Below are positions 34,763-49,175 of a stretch of DNA of 64,000 bases, piece after piece (position 1 is the stretch's first letter; each line of letters starts with the position of its first letter). The DNA lies in the NCBI GenBank assembly GCA_023920165.1, contig CP089274.1, forward strand, positions 2,728,001 to 2,792,000, written 5' to 3'. The stretch comes from Curvularia clavata (lineage: Eukaryota). Position numbers and translations under genes: made by a program. The notes under the pieces are model-generated. The model saw only the letters and a list, made by a program, of their open reading frames with translations. It ran no database searches and was not told the origin of the DNA.

Positions 34763-36151
34763 ATGCAAATCATCATCATCGGCGCGGGCCTTGCGGGGCT
34801 TTCAACTGCACTAGCTCTTTCGCATTCGCTCTCGCGCACTAACTCTCGGCACCATATCCTCCTTCTTGAATCTGCACCTCACCTGGCCGAAGTTGGAGCC
34901 GGCGTGCAGCTCACGCCTGTGGCCACGCGCTTCTTCCTGCGATGCGGGTTAGGTCCAGCGCTGCTTGCCGCCTCTGCAGTGCCGTCCTCATGGTACCTGA
35001 GGCGTGGAAGTGACGGCGAGGTGCTAAATCGAGTGCCAATGGATCGGTTTGAGGAGTGGTACGGAGCGCCTTATGTGGTTGTGCACAGGGCAGACTTGCA
35101 TAGGATTTTGTGGGAAGCCCTGGTGGCGAGGCAAGAGAAGGGAGCAGCCGTAGAGGTGGAGATGAGGCTGGGGACGCGAGTGGTAGAGTATGGAGTGGAG
35201 GAAGGGTGGGTGCAGGTGCAGGGCGGAGAAAGACTCGAGGCAGATCTTGTGGTAGCATGCGACGGGGTGAACAGTTCTGCGAGAGGCGAGCTGATGCGGC
35301 GCCTGGGGGCTCAGCAGCAAGAGTGGGTGGTGGGCACAGGCATGGCAGCATACCGCGTGATGGCCGATGTGAAACAGGTGCGGGCCGATGCGCTTACAAG
35401 GGACATTGTCGAGGAGCATGCTGGGAATTGCTGGTACGTCAACAAGAACAAGACAAAACGTATTCATGTGTGACACGCTCTCAGGGCCGATACTGACAAG
35501 CTCGTCATGACATACATGATCCGCGGCTCTGACAAGCTCAACCTGGTGCTCTCGCACCCAGATACAGTCGATACCAGCACGTGGACTCAGGCACAGTATC
35601 AAGCCGAACTGGCCCGCTTCTACTCAGATATGGACCCGCGCGTGCAGCGCCTCATTGCCCTGGCCTCAAGCCCTGTCACCAACTGGCCCGTCCACCAAGT
35701 GCGGCCTCTCCCCAGTTGGACTTCAAGGGCCAAGAACTTCATCCTTATTGGAGACGCAGCGCATGCCATGGCCTTCTACCTATCCATGGGCGTCTCTCTC
35801 GCCATTGAAGACGCTGCTGCACTCGCTGCCACGTTAGCCCACCATGTCACGCACCCAGACACCTTCTCACTGGCTTCGGCTGTTACTCTGTTTGAAGACG
35901 TGCGCAAGCCGCGTGCGGAGAAGATCAGTGCAGCGAGCCAGCACGCTGGCGACATGTTACACCTAGGGCCTGGGCCAGACAGAGAGAAGCGTGATAGAGC
36001 GGCGAGGAGGGATGGGGCTGAGGGCGAGGAGGAGACCAGAGGTGATCCGCTGACCGAGTGGACGAGCTATGGGATTACGGATAAGAGAATAAGGGAGTGG
36101 TGTTATGGCTATGATGTGCTGGAGGAAGTGGAGAGCAAGGTGCAGAAATGA
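34763..36151 (+). CDS. FAD-dependent monooxygenase (salicylate-hydroxylase-like, group A)
   Basis: GAGLAGL, EVGAGVQL, HRADL, ACDGVNS and LIGDAAHAM..GVSLAIEDA motifs; one intron at ~35434-35484. Confidence 0.92.
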
Positions 36152-36623
36152 GTCGGCGTGGGTGAAGACAAAAGAAAGGAAAACAGGAGAGAGGGGAAGA
36201 TGCATCTTTTTCTTAGGAAATCCCCAAGCGCGATGCGCCTCACGGGCCTGAGTTTCTTATAAATTCCGAGAGCCAAAGAGAAGGAACATGCTCGCTTGCC
36301 CACGATTCTTAGCAGCTCGAACCTTGTGATTCAAAGCTCTGCTCATTTGACTGATGACTGACGTATGAGATACGAATTAGTATCAGGCCCGAGAGCGATA
36401 TTAATTTTATTTCAGCAATCCGCACAATTATTACTATCCTAGAAACTAACACCAACGGTCGTTCAAAGCTGGCACTCCCATCCAATGGTATCTCACACTT
36501 ATCATTATTCTGGTCGAGATTCAGGATCGCTTACGCGATGGTTCTTATGGATGAGCTTTTCCTTGATTGCACTATATCAAATTAGCAGGTACTCCTAGTT
36601 TATGCATTGGTCCTTGTCTACAC

Positions 36624-37259
36624 TCACGTTGCTTTGTGTGTCTCACGACCTTCACGGATCTCCAGGAACATAAACCCTCCCTAAACCCGCAAATTAGCGT
36701 GTATAGTAAGATTTTATGCGTCAAATCAATGCGGAGGACTCACAAGACTCGCACTCAGCATCCAAGACATCGCTCCGATGAAAAGAAAAGCCAGGATGGC
36801 CCTCCAGCTTCCACAGCCCGCGTTACCAACCACTCCAGGAGTGATAGTAACGCGTGGCCCGACAGTCCAGAATCTACCCCAGTAGTATCCCCAGTAGTTC
36901 CAGTACCAGAACGAATCGCACGAACTGTTGAGCTACGAACTGATTTAGCTGATGGAATTCAATGTTCTGATTGGACTTACAGCAGCTAGAAGTCCAAATG
37001 CTACAATTGAGCATATGAAGAAGAGAACATCAACTGGCCACGCGTAGAAGGAGTATTTGGCAGGAACGATTAAGATAATTGACGCAAAAATTTCCAAACA
37101 AGCAATAACCTCCGCGTATATGAGACGGCCATTAGTACTTGTATCGGGTCCAATACTGAGGTAGAAGAAGAATCGACCCAATAAGGCGACTACAATGACG
37201 GCACTGCAGAGTTCAGATAGGCGAAGAAGAACCGAAAGAACTTTCGCGGTAGTTCCCAT
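36624..37259 (-). CDS. MARVEL-like four-TM membrane protein
   Basis: LRLSELCSAVIVVALLG N-terminus; exon 2 gives a W/Y-rich loop and GCGSWRAILAFLFI. The 3' end is uncertain. Confidence 0.7.
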
Positions 37260-38386
37260 GGTGAAGGCTTAATTTTTCTTGCACATGTAGGTGATGCTGG
37301 GATGTGCAGGTAATGAGGACTTCATTGTGCGAGTGCGACAATATATGTAAAGGCAGTATTGCAAGGCACACTTGTGTATAGCCAAGGAGGTAGCTAGTAA
37401 TTCTGCCCAACTACAGGCGCGACACCTGGTGGTGAGATGTCTCATGATCGTTTCATCCGCCAGCTGAATGCTAGCGCGGGGTCTGGAAGTGTCCAACATC
37501 TAATGGTAACCAGATCTCTGATGATTTCCTTATGGGCCAGCTGAAAGGTAATGCGGCTCTGATGTCATGGGCTGAACTCCCTGACAGCTCATTGCCCAAG
37601 TTATCTCCAAAGAGCACTTTACATAAGCTCAAATCGCAGCTATGTGAAACATGGTCTGCAAAATAAAGAAATAAATCCTTCCAGTTCAGATATCATGAAC
37701 ATTTCCTTGCTGTAAATACTGTGGTATTTAGCACGTGACTAGACGATCAGCATGGATTGGAATTTCTTTTTAACATGATCGGAGCTTGCAGCTGGACGGA
37801 TGAACTAGCCAACGCGATGCGAGCCACGTTGGCATGCATGTTTGATCTGTAATCCAGTAATTCTACATTCATAGTAAATAGCAAGATGTCGTATTATTTA
37901 GGGCGGCTTTCGAATCTCACGTTTCGCGTTCCTTATCATCTGGATGCTTGTTCAAGAAGAAATAGGCGTCATGGAGTGAGGCGAATGAAATGTTGTGAAG
38001 AACTGGAGTTCTTACTTGTAATATCCTTTACTCAAGATGATATCAGGCTGCCCTATATACCAAAATTGCACATGATAGTCTCTACTTCAATAGATCATAA
38101 AGTACAGCGAGGTACCAGTTGCTTCTATTTCGTTAATGCTATCCAACGGAAATGAACTCTGTCAGAGGTAGGATAGTCTAGCTACAAAACTGCGAACCTC
38201 AAAATTCGATAGTTCACATGCATAAACATAGTCCTTTGTTCTCTTATAATACCTGAGATTAGGCCTGGACGCCATTCTCGAATGAAACTAGGACATGGAA
38301 GCTACTTCATCCTTCCCAAGGGTTTGATCAAGTGGCAGTACCAAGTGCGAACTGTCATCATACTGTGTTCATACTCAATTTTCATG

Positions 38387-40328
38387 CTAGAGTCCCGCCT
38401 CGCAATTCTCCTCCCAAAAAGAGTCATCATCCGACCCGTAATAACTCGTCGACGCTGGCAGGGGAGATATGATCTCCCATTCTTCTAGACTACCGTCGTC
38501 CGCATTCAACTCTAGGACTTCGTACTTTCCATTGGATTCGAGGTCGGAGTCTTCATCAATATCTTCCATGATCTCAAAGCCGTAAGGATCCAAGTTTGAT
38601 TCCACAGAGTGAGCTGGTTCCTCAATGGTGTCTGAAATTGGACATAAGAACGGAAGGATGCCATCAGTCGACAAAGAAGAGCGCCGATGCCAGATTTCAG
38701 ACAGAATGGACAGGTACGATCGTTTGGTTTTCTGACGAGAGATACGCACCCATTCTCTACCTGGCTCTGCATCTCCAGAAGGGTCTCTGGAATAGGCGTG
38801 AGGTTCTTCTCGAGGAGGAGAGATAGAGGCGCTTTCCAAGTCAATTGGAGGTGTCTCGAATCTATTTTCAAACCAGGGGTATCTAGCTGACTTGGTTGAG
38901 CCAGAGTAAAGACGTCGTCTCGCCCGAGGATTTCGATTGGCGAATATGGAATCGACCTGCTGAGCAAGGGAGCTCTTCCGATATCCGTTGATCATCAATT
39001 TAGGTGTTGGCATGGTCTTCAGGCGAAGAATGTGGGTATTGTCGGTATGCGGAATTGAGTACCCGAAGGTATGTGATAAAAATGCCAATCTTTCATCAAT
39101 GGCCTTGCAGTTCTGTTGGGCACGTACAAAGAGAGCATCTGTCGGCATAGGTCGGATTCGGTTGAGCGACTCCATGAGTGCCGAATTAGACAGCGTGCAA
39201 TAAAAATAGGCAATTCCAGCGGCCCAAGAGGATTTGCGTAGATGCCCTAACTGATGAGAATAGAAGGACGACAGAGGTTCCAGTAGTGGAATAGGTGACT
39301 TATACGTTGAGAAGTTGTCACACTTGGCCCAATCTATTGAGAATTGAATATATGCGAACGCTGTGTTGGTTAAACCTTCATGATGGGGCATGACTCTGGT
39401 AGCACTAAAGTGCGCTGTGTGACAGGATCGTGGAAAACGGCAGTGTTGACATGTTAGAGGGGTTGACATATCCTGGTAAAAACTCTCGCTATACCGATCA
39501 CTTTCTTTACTTCTAAAAGGACTGCTGGACAAAATAGCAGCCACAGCGTCTTTTGCAGCACACGTAAGTAGATGATTCATTGCGGGTTCTTGAGTGGAAA
39601 TTGGAGTATGCCAAGGCGCCTTGGAGCCTCGTTTGCCCAACGCGTCAATGTTCAGTGTTGATGTGCGTGAACTCAATGTGATTTTCGACAAACAGATGCT
39701 GGTTGAGAGACTTTCTGATTTTGTTTCAGGATGGAGGGCCGGTCTAACCATCTTGTTTGATGCTTCGAAATTTGTGCGCGTAGCTAGGGAGATGCGCTGA
39801 GAGAGTACTGGGCCTATTGGTGAGCTGTTCAACCAAGAGGACACACAGCCCACAAAGCGGAACGGTAGGCTGGCTGAGTGTCGAATATAGTTCGCATTAT
39901 CTTGATCCTCGGTCGTTGGCGAGCCAGCCCGCTCAATAGCTGAACGAGCCAATCTTTGACACCACTTGCCGATGCTCTCTACTTGGAGCAACTGTGCGCG
40001 CTCAGTGCCTTCTTCCCTGCTCTTATAGCGCAATCTGGCTTGCTTGCACCGCCACGGCGGTTCACTCTTTGGAGTCCAGAATTCAGAGCGCCGTGGTGAA
40101 GTTACGGAAGTCTCCTCAAGGTGTGCCAGGGCGCTGAAGCTGTTTGCTGTGCTATTTTCAGATTGTGCTTTCAGCACAAAGAAGAATGCAGAACATACGA
40201 GTAGGAGCAAAATTGTGATTAGCAGAATTTGAGAGTTGCTTCGAAGCAGCTTTACTAGGATCACGGTATGAATCGCAATTGTTTTCGGGGTTGTACGCAT
40301 AACGAAATCTCGCTTGACATGGGACCAT
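38387..40328 (-). CDS. Hypothetical protein with acidic C-terminus
   Basis: 637-codon ORF. A probable upstream exon from ATG 40328 joins in frame via a GTATGT..CAG intron (40198-40147). No recognised domain. Confidence 0.55.
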
Positions 40329-41047
40329 GATAAGAGCGTGGGCGAGTTACTGGACTAGGAAATATAGGGCAGAAGAACAGAGGAAGAAAGATGCATAGGT
40401 TTCAGGATTCACTAGGAAGATACGTGAAAGTTGGGAGAGACGAGAGACACATGTCCAAGTGCCACGGTAGTGTCCATGCCGCGTGGGATACCTTTGGGCG
40501 AGAGAAGAAAGAGCATGCTGCCAGGTAATACTTTCGCACCTTCTCGGAGACCAATGAGGCAAGTAAGGCTACTATTGCTGTGCTGATGTTCCAGCTCTTT
40601 GCTTCTGGGGGTATATATTCACTGGAATTTGCTTATGCCGACGGTGACTGGAGGATGGAGAATTTGGTGCTTCGACAGTTCTATTCTGCATTTCCCAATG
40701 TGAGTCACGTGTGATATAACGGCCAGGCACGTGTGCAGTACTGGCATTGAGTCGTTACAGACGTAGAGGTGACATGGCACGACGTGATGTTTGGCATTTG
40801 TTGCCCTATGGCGGGCTGACAAAGAACGCTTGGGCCAGGTGCGATCTCCGAATAGTGGGGAACGCATCTCTCCATCTCTTGCTCGACTGAAATGTCCTGT
40901 GCCTGACCCCACCCCGCAATTCCTTTGCCGCGCACACATTTCCCGTTCCAGGGCGCTCCAGGATAATTGGCAACAAGCAAGAGGCTGCAATTACCTGGAG
41001 CCGCGTCCGTCTTGTCACTCGACTTTTCGCGATCCTCTTGTCCCACC

Positions 41048-43251
41048 ATGGCCGGTTCCTCACGCGCTCCCTTCGCGCAGTCACAGCACCGCCGTCCAGG
41101 CTCACGCATTGTGCCCGCAATACCCTACCGCCTATCCAAAGCCCAGCCATCCGTGAGGCCCCTCACTCCTGAAGAATCCAACAAAGGTGCACCAGCTCCC
41201 GCAACGGACGTACAAGCAAAGGAGCAGCAAGCAGGGGAGAAGCAGCAGGAACAGCACCAGCACCAGCAGTCTGAGAAACGGCCGGCGGTACAAGAGACTA
41301 CTACAGAAACACCTCCCACACCGGACTCGCGAGCTTCTGGCGACCCCACTGAGGCCGACGCAGGTGTATCCCCATCAGACAGCCGCAGTGCGGAGCAGAC
41401 AAATGGACAAACAGACGCTGCAGACCCTTCTGGTAGGCACTCAATATGGATTGCTACATGAGTATAGCACGTGCTCATCTTATATATGTAGATAATCAAA
41501 ACCATGCCGCCAATGGCCACACTAGCGCCAGGACTCGCGCTCCTCGCGACGAACACAAGCCGGCCGGGAACGGTGTACATCGCAAGTTGACGATACCAAC
41601 GTATCTACCTCCGCCCTTCGTACCCTCAAGCAAGGCAACTCAGACACCGCCCGTAGATGGAAGCGACGCTATGTACACCCCATTGCACCCACCGCAGTTC
41701 AACGGTGGCGCTGTGGCATCCCACAGTGCAAATGAGTCACCCGCCCTTCCCATGTCACCCCACGAAGCCAACGTCGATATCCATGGGCAGCACGCTTTGC
41801 CTCGTCCCCCACCTGGCTTCGGGCCTCAGCAGTTTACGCCCTTCTTCCCTGGTCCTGCCCAATATGCGCCCGAGACAGGCGCGACATGGCACTTGCCTCC
41901 CCACACGGTCGCGCCACCTGAGCCTGTGTACCAGAACGGAATCGACTACCACGTCCCCCATTTTTCAGGCGGCCCTCAAGCCTACCCAACTCCCTACAAC
42001 GGCCATTTCTCACCTCGAGAAGCTGCCTTGACTACCAACGGAATCCTCACTTCGCACGCTCAGTCGCCAAGCAAAGGACAGTTTGAGACAATGCCTGCCA
42101 TCGACCACGCAGACGAGCAGCATGCCATTGCACACCAGGATAGCAACGCCCCTCCAGAAGAAAGAGTTGAGTCTTCTTTTGAGCTTGCAGGCTATTTGTC
42201 GTCGCAGTTTGGTAATCCCGAGCTCGCCGACTTTATCCTTCAGGTGAGGTCCCCTGAGTCGGTCCTACTGTCGCTTCCAGTGCATGGAATCGTGGTTATC
42301 CGTAGTCCTGTCATTGCAGAAGCAGTTCGATGCAGCCCTGCCCCCGCGTACCGCGATAGGGATGCGCGTCCGCTGGTTCATGTTCTCGCGCTAGATCCAT
42401 TAGCCACCCGTGATTCCTTGGAAGAAGCCATCCGCGTCTTGTATGGCGCGCCGCTTATTCGCCCCCAGGGATTCCTGTACGGACTAGAGCCGTTTATGTA
42501 TGAGAACCAACAAACTTCTCCTTCGCCCGAAGCTCGTCGCCGCATGCAACAGGTTTTGGGCTATATCGCGGCAGCTAGGACTTTTCAAATACCAAGCATG
42601 CAAGCTCGTGGCATCCACACAGCCAAGATGCTTTTGCGGTGGGATACAGTGGATCTTGTTTTGCAATATGCGCTGCGCTCTAGACTGCGGCAAAGACCTG
42701 AAGGTCCTGACGTTGACGCCCCTTTTGCCACAGCACTCATAAGCCAAGCGCTCGAGTTCATTGCATACTTTTTTCCTAGCAATTTTAAGTTGCACACGAT
42801 CGCGCCAGAGCTCAAAGATGCCCCGCGTCTGCCAACGTTGACTGAGTCTCGTCAGCCAGCCCACAACCCTCGACTGAGTAAGATTCGGTTTGGGGACGCA
42901 CCGCCCGAGGACGATCTGCAACCCAGCTACTCAACCCTTGTCCTTTCGACCATCCTCCTCTCGCTTCCACTTTCTTTGATCGAAGGCCTATTCAACCAAG
43001 CAGCGACGGTAACCAACCGGATTGGCTGGAAGGATGTTACGAACCACTTGCGAGACATTGTCAATGAGCGTGAGAATCGACGGCAAAAGGCACTCCGATG
43101 CTGCCAGCCAGACCAATCTCAACCCAGGTCAATTCCTGCCACGCTCCTAAACAATCTGTATGTTGAAGAGATTTTGGAGCAGGTGGAGCCGTCGCCTCTT
43201 CATCCTTCTGGTTACCAACTGACCACAAAACGGGTGACTGGCGAAGCTTGA
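41048..43251 (+). CDS. Fungal protein with P-rich N-terminal half and BTB/POZ-like C-terminal region
   Basis: Kozak-like CACCATGG at 41048; intron ~41432-41491; FGNPELADFILQV..PVHGIVV.RSP is BTB-like. Confidence 0.7.
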
Positions 43252-44602
43252 GGCATGTCTGAAGACACGGTGTCTTAACACATCCTAGTCTCTCCTAATA
43301 TCGTACAAGCGCGTATGTGAGCGTTTTCTTGGCTCAATCATACGCTGAAACGTCAAAATTTCTGGGTGCGGTTTCTTTTATTCGGTATGTAGCATAGCGA
43401 GCGTTCAAGGCGTTTTGCACGGACATGAGGGACAAGTTCCTGATCCATGGCCTTTTTTTTACGTCACCAAAAGCACGAAACGACATGACGAAGCATATTC
43501 CCCACGATCATGAAAGCATTGTAACTGGAACTTTGCTCTGTAAATCAGCACGGCATACTCTTTTCTTTTCTTCGAAGATGGCGTCTGAGGCGATTAGCAA
43601 TGGGCTGGACGGAGGCTCAAAAAAGGGTTGGAACTCAAACAAGTAGATAGGTCGCTCGGAAAAGCGTGAATAATTTGCATCTTTTCCATGACATATTACG
43701 TTCACCGGTGTGCTGCATGCTGTGAGTCTCCACTCGTGGCGTGAGCGGAAATGTCAGAAGGGCGCACGACGAAATATCGACATGAAGCTTAGGTCGTGTT
43801 GGTTCAGGCCGCCAGGTGCTTATCCGTTTGTAATACACTGCTCGGACATGTCGGATATGTCGGAGACGAGTCGTGGTCTGTCGGAGAAGATATGTAATGC
43901 ACAACAAGAATGCGCGTAAGAAACGACGCAGCAGTTGATTGGTCCTCTAAGTAGGCACTCCACTCAAGCCGAATAAGTAATCCGTTTCTACTGCCGAAGC
44001 CTTGCACCTCGGCTAGCCTCTTAACTAAACCTGTAGTAAGCTAATGGCCCGCGGCCACCACCCATTGGTCATGTCCACGCGGGAATAATCACAAAACATG
44101 TTTCATGACGTGCTTTTCCGAGTGTTCTTGTGGCCGATTTGCAGGTCACTTGAGCGTGTACAGTAATAGAATTAGCACAAGCAAACATTCTCGACGGTGT
44201 GGCACACAGCAATAGCCGGCATAAACGGCATGCATGTTTCGCGTCCCGTGGTGGGTCGGCAAAGCTGCTCGGCCATAAGTCATAGCGAAGAGCGAGGTAG
44301 TACAGAGGCGTCCACACCAGGCCGAAACTTATTACATAGTCGGGGAGTGACCCGCTTGGTGTCGCTAGGTCGTTGTGGGCGAGAATCTGGATCTCTTAAC
44401 TATTTGACATTTTGCACATGCACTAGTCTGCCCAGCCCTGAAATACCTCATCACTCTTCTTCTACACTTTTCTTGACTACTTCTGCTTCCTAGTGGTCTT
44501 CACATCCTGAATATTTAGTCTCCAAGAGACTGGACACTGTGTCGTTGAAAGAATACCGACGCCTACTCTTGCTCGACCAACTCGGCCCCCACACCAAACT
44601 TA

Positions 44603-46107
44603 ATGGCGCTTTCAACATCAAACCAAAACAGCCCTGCTGCGTCAAGATCAAGTGAGCACTTGGACCTTGACGAAAAACCTGAAAAACTGCCGTCACTTGC
44701 ATCTTCGGATTCAGTGCGTAGCTTGGATGTAGCAGCGGTCGACCAACAACCAGAAAAAGACATACACGCCACCGAAGCCACTGGTGACGACCAAGCGGGC
44801 GCAGAATTGGAACCAGTACGATCAGCGCACCCAAGCGTACGCGATGCGTCGAAAATCCCTAATGGCGGACTATGGGCATGGCTCCAAGTCCTTGGCGCCT
44901 TCTTCCTTCTCTTCAACTCCTGGGGCATCATCAACACGTTTGGCTCCTACCAAGCCTACTACGAAACAACTCTTTTGCCCAACTCGAGCTCTTCTGCCAT
45001 CTCGTGGATAGGATCAATCCAGGCTTTTCTGTTGCTGTTCGTGGGCGCCTTGACGGGTCCTATATACGATGCAGGCTACTTCCGTGGACTCCTCATCGTC
45101 GGCAGCATCATGTTGGTCCTCGGTCAAATGATGCTGAGTCTCTGCCATGAATACTGGCAGGTTCTCCTCGCACAGGCGTTTTGTATCGGCATCGGGACGG
45201 GATGCCTTTTTGTTCCCAGTGTGGCGATTCTGTCCACGTATTTCAGCACCAAGATTGGTACCGCGATTGGTATCGTTGCGTCTGGATCGTCCTTTGGCGG
45301 CGTCATTTACCCCATTGTGTTCCAAAAGCTTCTCCCGCAGATTGGGTTTGGCTGGACGACGAGGGTACTGGGGTTCATGGTACTGGGCACCATGGTTATC
45401 CCCAATGTGTGCATGCGTGTGCGTGTGCTGCCGGCCAAATCCCGCTCGCTGCTCGATATCAGTGCGTTCCGGATCGCAGCGTACGATCTGCAGGTTGTGG
45501 GCTTCTTTGTAGGCTTTATGGGATTGTACATGCCCTTCTTCTATTCTCAACTATATGCGCTTCAAGAGCATATTACTAGTGAGCACTTGGCGTTCTACTT
45601 GCTGGCGATTATGAACAGCACCAGTATGTTTGGTCGAATTTTGCCTAACCTGGTAAGCTTTATCCTTTCCTCTTGAAAACACGGCTCTTGCTAACAGGAA
45701 ATCTGCAGTTATCCGATAAAATAGGGCCCTTCAACGTCGTCATACCCTGTGCTATGATCTCCGGCATTCTCTGCTTCTGCTACATGGCGGCCTCTTCTTC
45801 GGCAGGTCTCATCGTGCTCATGGCATGCTATGGCTTTTTCTCGGGTTCCTTTGTCAGTTTGCCTCCAACAATTCTCGTATACCTAAGCACCGACGCGCGG
45901 GACAAAATTGGTACGAGATTGGGCCAGAGCTTCGGTATTGTAGCGGTCGGGCTGCTGGTCGGTACGCCTATCGGAGGTGCGATTCAGGAACATAGCGGAT
46001 TTGACGCTCTGTGGACATATGGTGGGTGTCTGTTATTTGGTAGTTCCGTGCTCCTTGTTTGTGCCAGAGTGGCATTCAAGGGATGGGGTCTTATGGTTAA
46101 GGCATGA
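44603..46107 (+). CDS. MFS transporter, monocarboxylate porter (MCT/Mch) family
   Basis: PNGGLWAWLQV, NSWG..NTFG.YQ.YY, SWIGSIQ, G.IYDAG and SD.IGPFN motifs; one intron at ~45653-45708. Confidence 0.92.
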
Positions 46108-46283
46108 GAAAAGTAGCGAAGCCGTTATGAGATGTCTAAATTAAAAGTCTAAGGCCAGAGAAAGTATTATAGAACTTACATAATCGCCGGTAGCATTGAG
46201 ACCCGTACATAGTATAGCGAGCCGGTAATTATAGTATAATCAATGTCTCCTAATCAAAATTACAGTAAAATAACTTTCACCTT

Positions 46284-46804
46284 TCAGTTTCCCGCCTCAC
46301 ACCATTTCTTGAGGTCTGCATTATATTCATCCCATGCTTTTGTCGTCTTTTCCGCGAAGCCAAATCGCTTCGCTACAAAACCGCTTCCCATCGTCCACGC
46401 CAGTGCTCCACTGAATTCCTCCCTCTGTATAAAGCGACATCCGCCGGGTATTTCTGTGCTCGGCTCGAACTGGAAGGAATGCTTGCCCGTAAAGATGAAT
46501 GGGAAGCTGCCGGTCCAGGTGAAGATCTCTGGTTCGTTTTTCTGGCAATTCTATCAGTATACTGCTTGATCACTATCTATATAGGGTTGGATTTGCTCAT
46601 CAGACGTACATTTATGGTGGCATCCATCGTCTGTCCGGCTTGGGCAAAATGAACTCGAATTTTATTACCAGGTTCGAGAGCGCCCAGGGGTGTTATGGAG
46701 CCAAAGAAGCCCTTGTGGTATTGTGGGAGAGAGGCAAAGTCGAGGAACTTGGCGCGGACGACTGAGGGAGGCTGAGCGATGTCGATGGCTGCCGTGATGG
46801 TCAT
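46284..46804 (-). CDS. SRPBCC / polyketide-cyclase-like (START-fold) protein
   Basis: I.I.QPPS.VR.KFLDF in exon 1; exon 2 after a GTACGT..CAG intron gives F.WTGS.PF.FTG.H.F.FEPS...F.Q.EEFSG. Confidence 0.75.
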
Positions 46805-47320
46805 GGTGGCTTGGTAGGGTGAAGTTTTGTGTCTGAAAAGTGGTCTTGATGGTGGGAATCTTGGATAGAAGGTATCTTGTGTATCACAGTTGTTGGTTGA
46901 GTGATGTGAATGGGCTTGGTGGCACGGCCACGCCTTATCTTTATATCAATTCATCTCTACTGCGTACTGGAGTAGCAGATTGGTTGACTTTCCCCATTGC
47001 GGCTTTTCGCGCGGGCTTCTACTAGCACTTATATCACAGCCTAATGCTCTTTCAGTTATCCTCGATAGGCGCCATGTCGCAGGGTCCCGTCGGCTGCGTA
47101 AGAGATACCCAGATTGTAAGGCCATACGAGAGGAGGCCTATCAGCGCTAGGCCTATTGCGTCTCATTGCGCGAGACTAGGGCTGCGGAAGGCTTAGTGAC
47201 TGAACCATGTGCAAGTTGTAATGCTGAAGTGGTTGCCTTGTCCATCCCACCCTCCAGATTAACCCCTCGTTCAAAATACCGTATCCGTTCTCGTCGCATG
47301 CATCCTGTACCTAGGTAGCC

Positions 47321-48884
47321 ATGGTTAATGTAGCTGGTCGTTCCAAGGGATGCTCCACCTGCCGCAAGCGGCGTATCAAGTGTGGTAAGTAGCGTCGTTC
47401 GGCCCGACCCACAACAGTAGGCTGACGCCTCTGGCCCAGACGAGACACAGCCTATTTGCCTACGATGCCAGAAGCTTGGTGTCCCTTGCGACGGCCCCAA
47501 AACACTCGTCTTTGTACAGGGAAAGATTGTTAAGTCGCGGCGGACACAAAGATCGTCGTCAAACGAAACAGTGGATGAAGAAGTGAAAGCTTTGAGGAAG
47601 AGGCAGGATGCCGAAGCTCCGCGCTCAATCTCTCCTGGCTCCGAATCGTCAGTGCAGGATGTGCCATTGAGGTTCAACGAAAACGAGGTCTATGTCTGTT
47701 ATCTAAGACGCCATCTTTTCCCAAATGGGCCTGTAGACCTGGAACTTCAGAAACTGCAGGTCTCGGATCTTGATCTGGCTCGAAACTCGACAAGCGTAGG
47801 AGACAGCCCACTCTTTACTCGAGCTGCCTTGGCTTTTGCTACGCTGTTCTTTGGTTCACGCCATTCCCAGACTCCGATCCTCGTCGAAGGCTACAAGATG
47901 CACAGTGCAGCGCTTCAGCATCTAAATCAAGCCCTCAGCATTCCAGGATGCCATACCCGCGACGACATCCTTAATGTCGTCTCAATAATGGCCATGGTAG
48001 AGCTTTACCTACCCAGCGGACCCAGAAACTGGCTCAAACATATGTTGGGGTTAGAAAGGCTGCTAGGACTTCGTGACCCAGGCTCGCTGATATATGCGTC
48101 GCCCCAACTGCTGGAGATGTACAAAGGCCTTCGACATATGGTTTTGATTGCAGCGCTGCGTAACAGAAGCCCATCTATATTTGCAAGACCGAGGTGGAAG
48201 GCCGTGCTGCAGACAGCACTTTCTCTGGAAACAACGGAAGAGCGAGAGCTTCATGATGTACTGGCAGATTGCTCGGTACTGAATGCTGTAAGCGATGAGT
48301 TAACCAGAACATGGAACGTATATGACCCAATGTGCTCAGAAAGGGTTGAAACAGTCAGAAACAAAGGTTTTGAGTTACTGGCCTTTGTGCAGTCCTGGAA
48401 AGAGCGATGGGACCGCGACAAGGGTAACGCTCATGTCGCAGAAGATGACCTTGAAGCGATGGTTACAGGCGCTCCACTGGTTTTCCAAACAGTTTACAGA
48501 TTTCGGGACGACTCCGTTGCGCGCATGTTTATGTTGTATAGTACCGCCTTGATTTACGTTCTCCAGGTCATTGAGGCCGCTGAAAATTTACAGCCAACTC
48601 TGCCCCTGGCCATGGAGCAAGGAACGCCCGCGGGTATCCCGATGAGTATTAATGCCGCCTCCATCTATGCAGCTGCTGTCGACATCTTCCGGAGCATACC
48701 ACATTACCTAAAACACAGATTACTACAAGGCAAAACAGACTTTGCCTCCCCTGTCGTGCAATGGGCTGCTTTTACTTGTTGGCAAGTATTTGATGGAAAC
48801 AACTCTGCCGAGGGAAGGTGGGTGATGCAGACTTTGTCTGTGCATAACGATTATAGGATTGCAAAGGCCGCATGGGAGTTATGA
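47321..48884 (+). CDS. Zn(II)2Cys6 transcription factor
   Basis: MVNVAGRSKGCSTCRKRRIKC|DETQPICLRCQKLGVPC, with the intron at the usual position after KC; long C-terminal fungal TF region. Confidence 0.92.
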
Positions 48885-49175
48885 AGGTCATTCACTATCG
48901 AGTTATGTTGTATGTTCGAAGAATTAGTTTGGCACAGCGAATTGTTCCGTCAGTTCCTCAAATCTGTTCTTCACACAACTACATAGAATTATATCAAGAA
49001 AGCTGCGGTTTACCAGCGCTGTTGTCTAAGCCATCTAACGCATAGCCTCTGTTCGCACCAGAAAACATTGCAACAACAACACTAGGGCATGTGTTTCTTA
49101 TCTGAAAAGATATTCAATCCTCCAAATGACGACTATTTCAACCCCGAGAGACTCCTTCTTCCGTCCCGTACCTCC

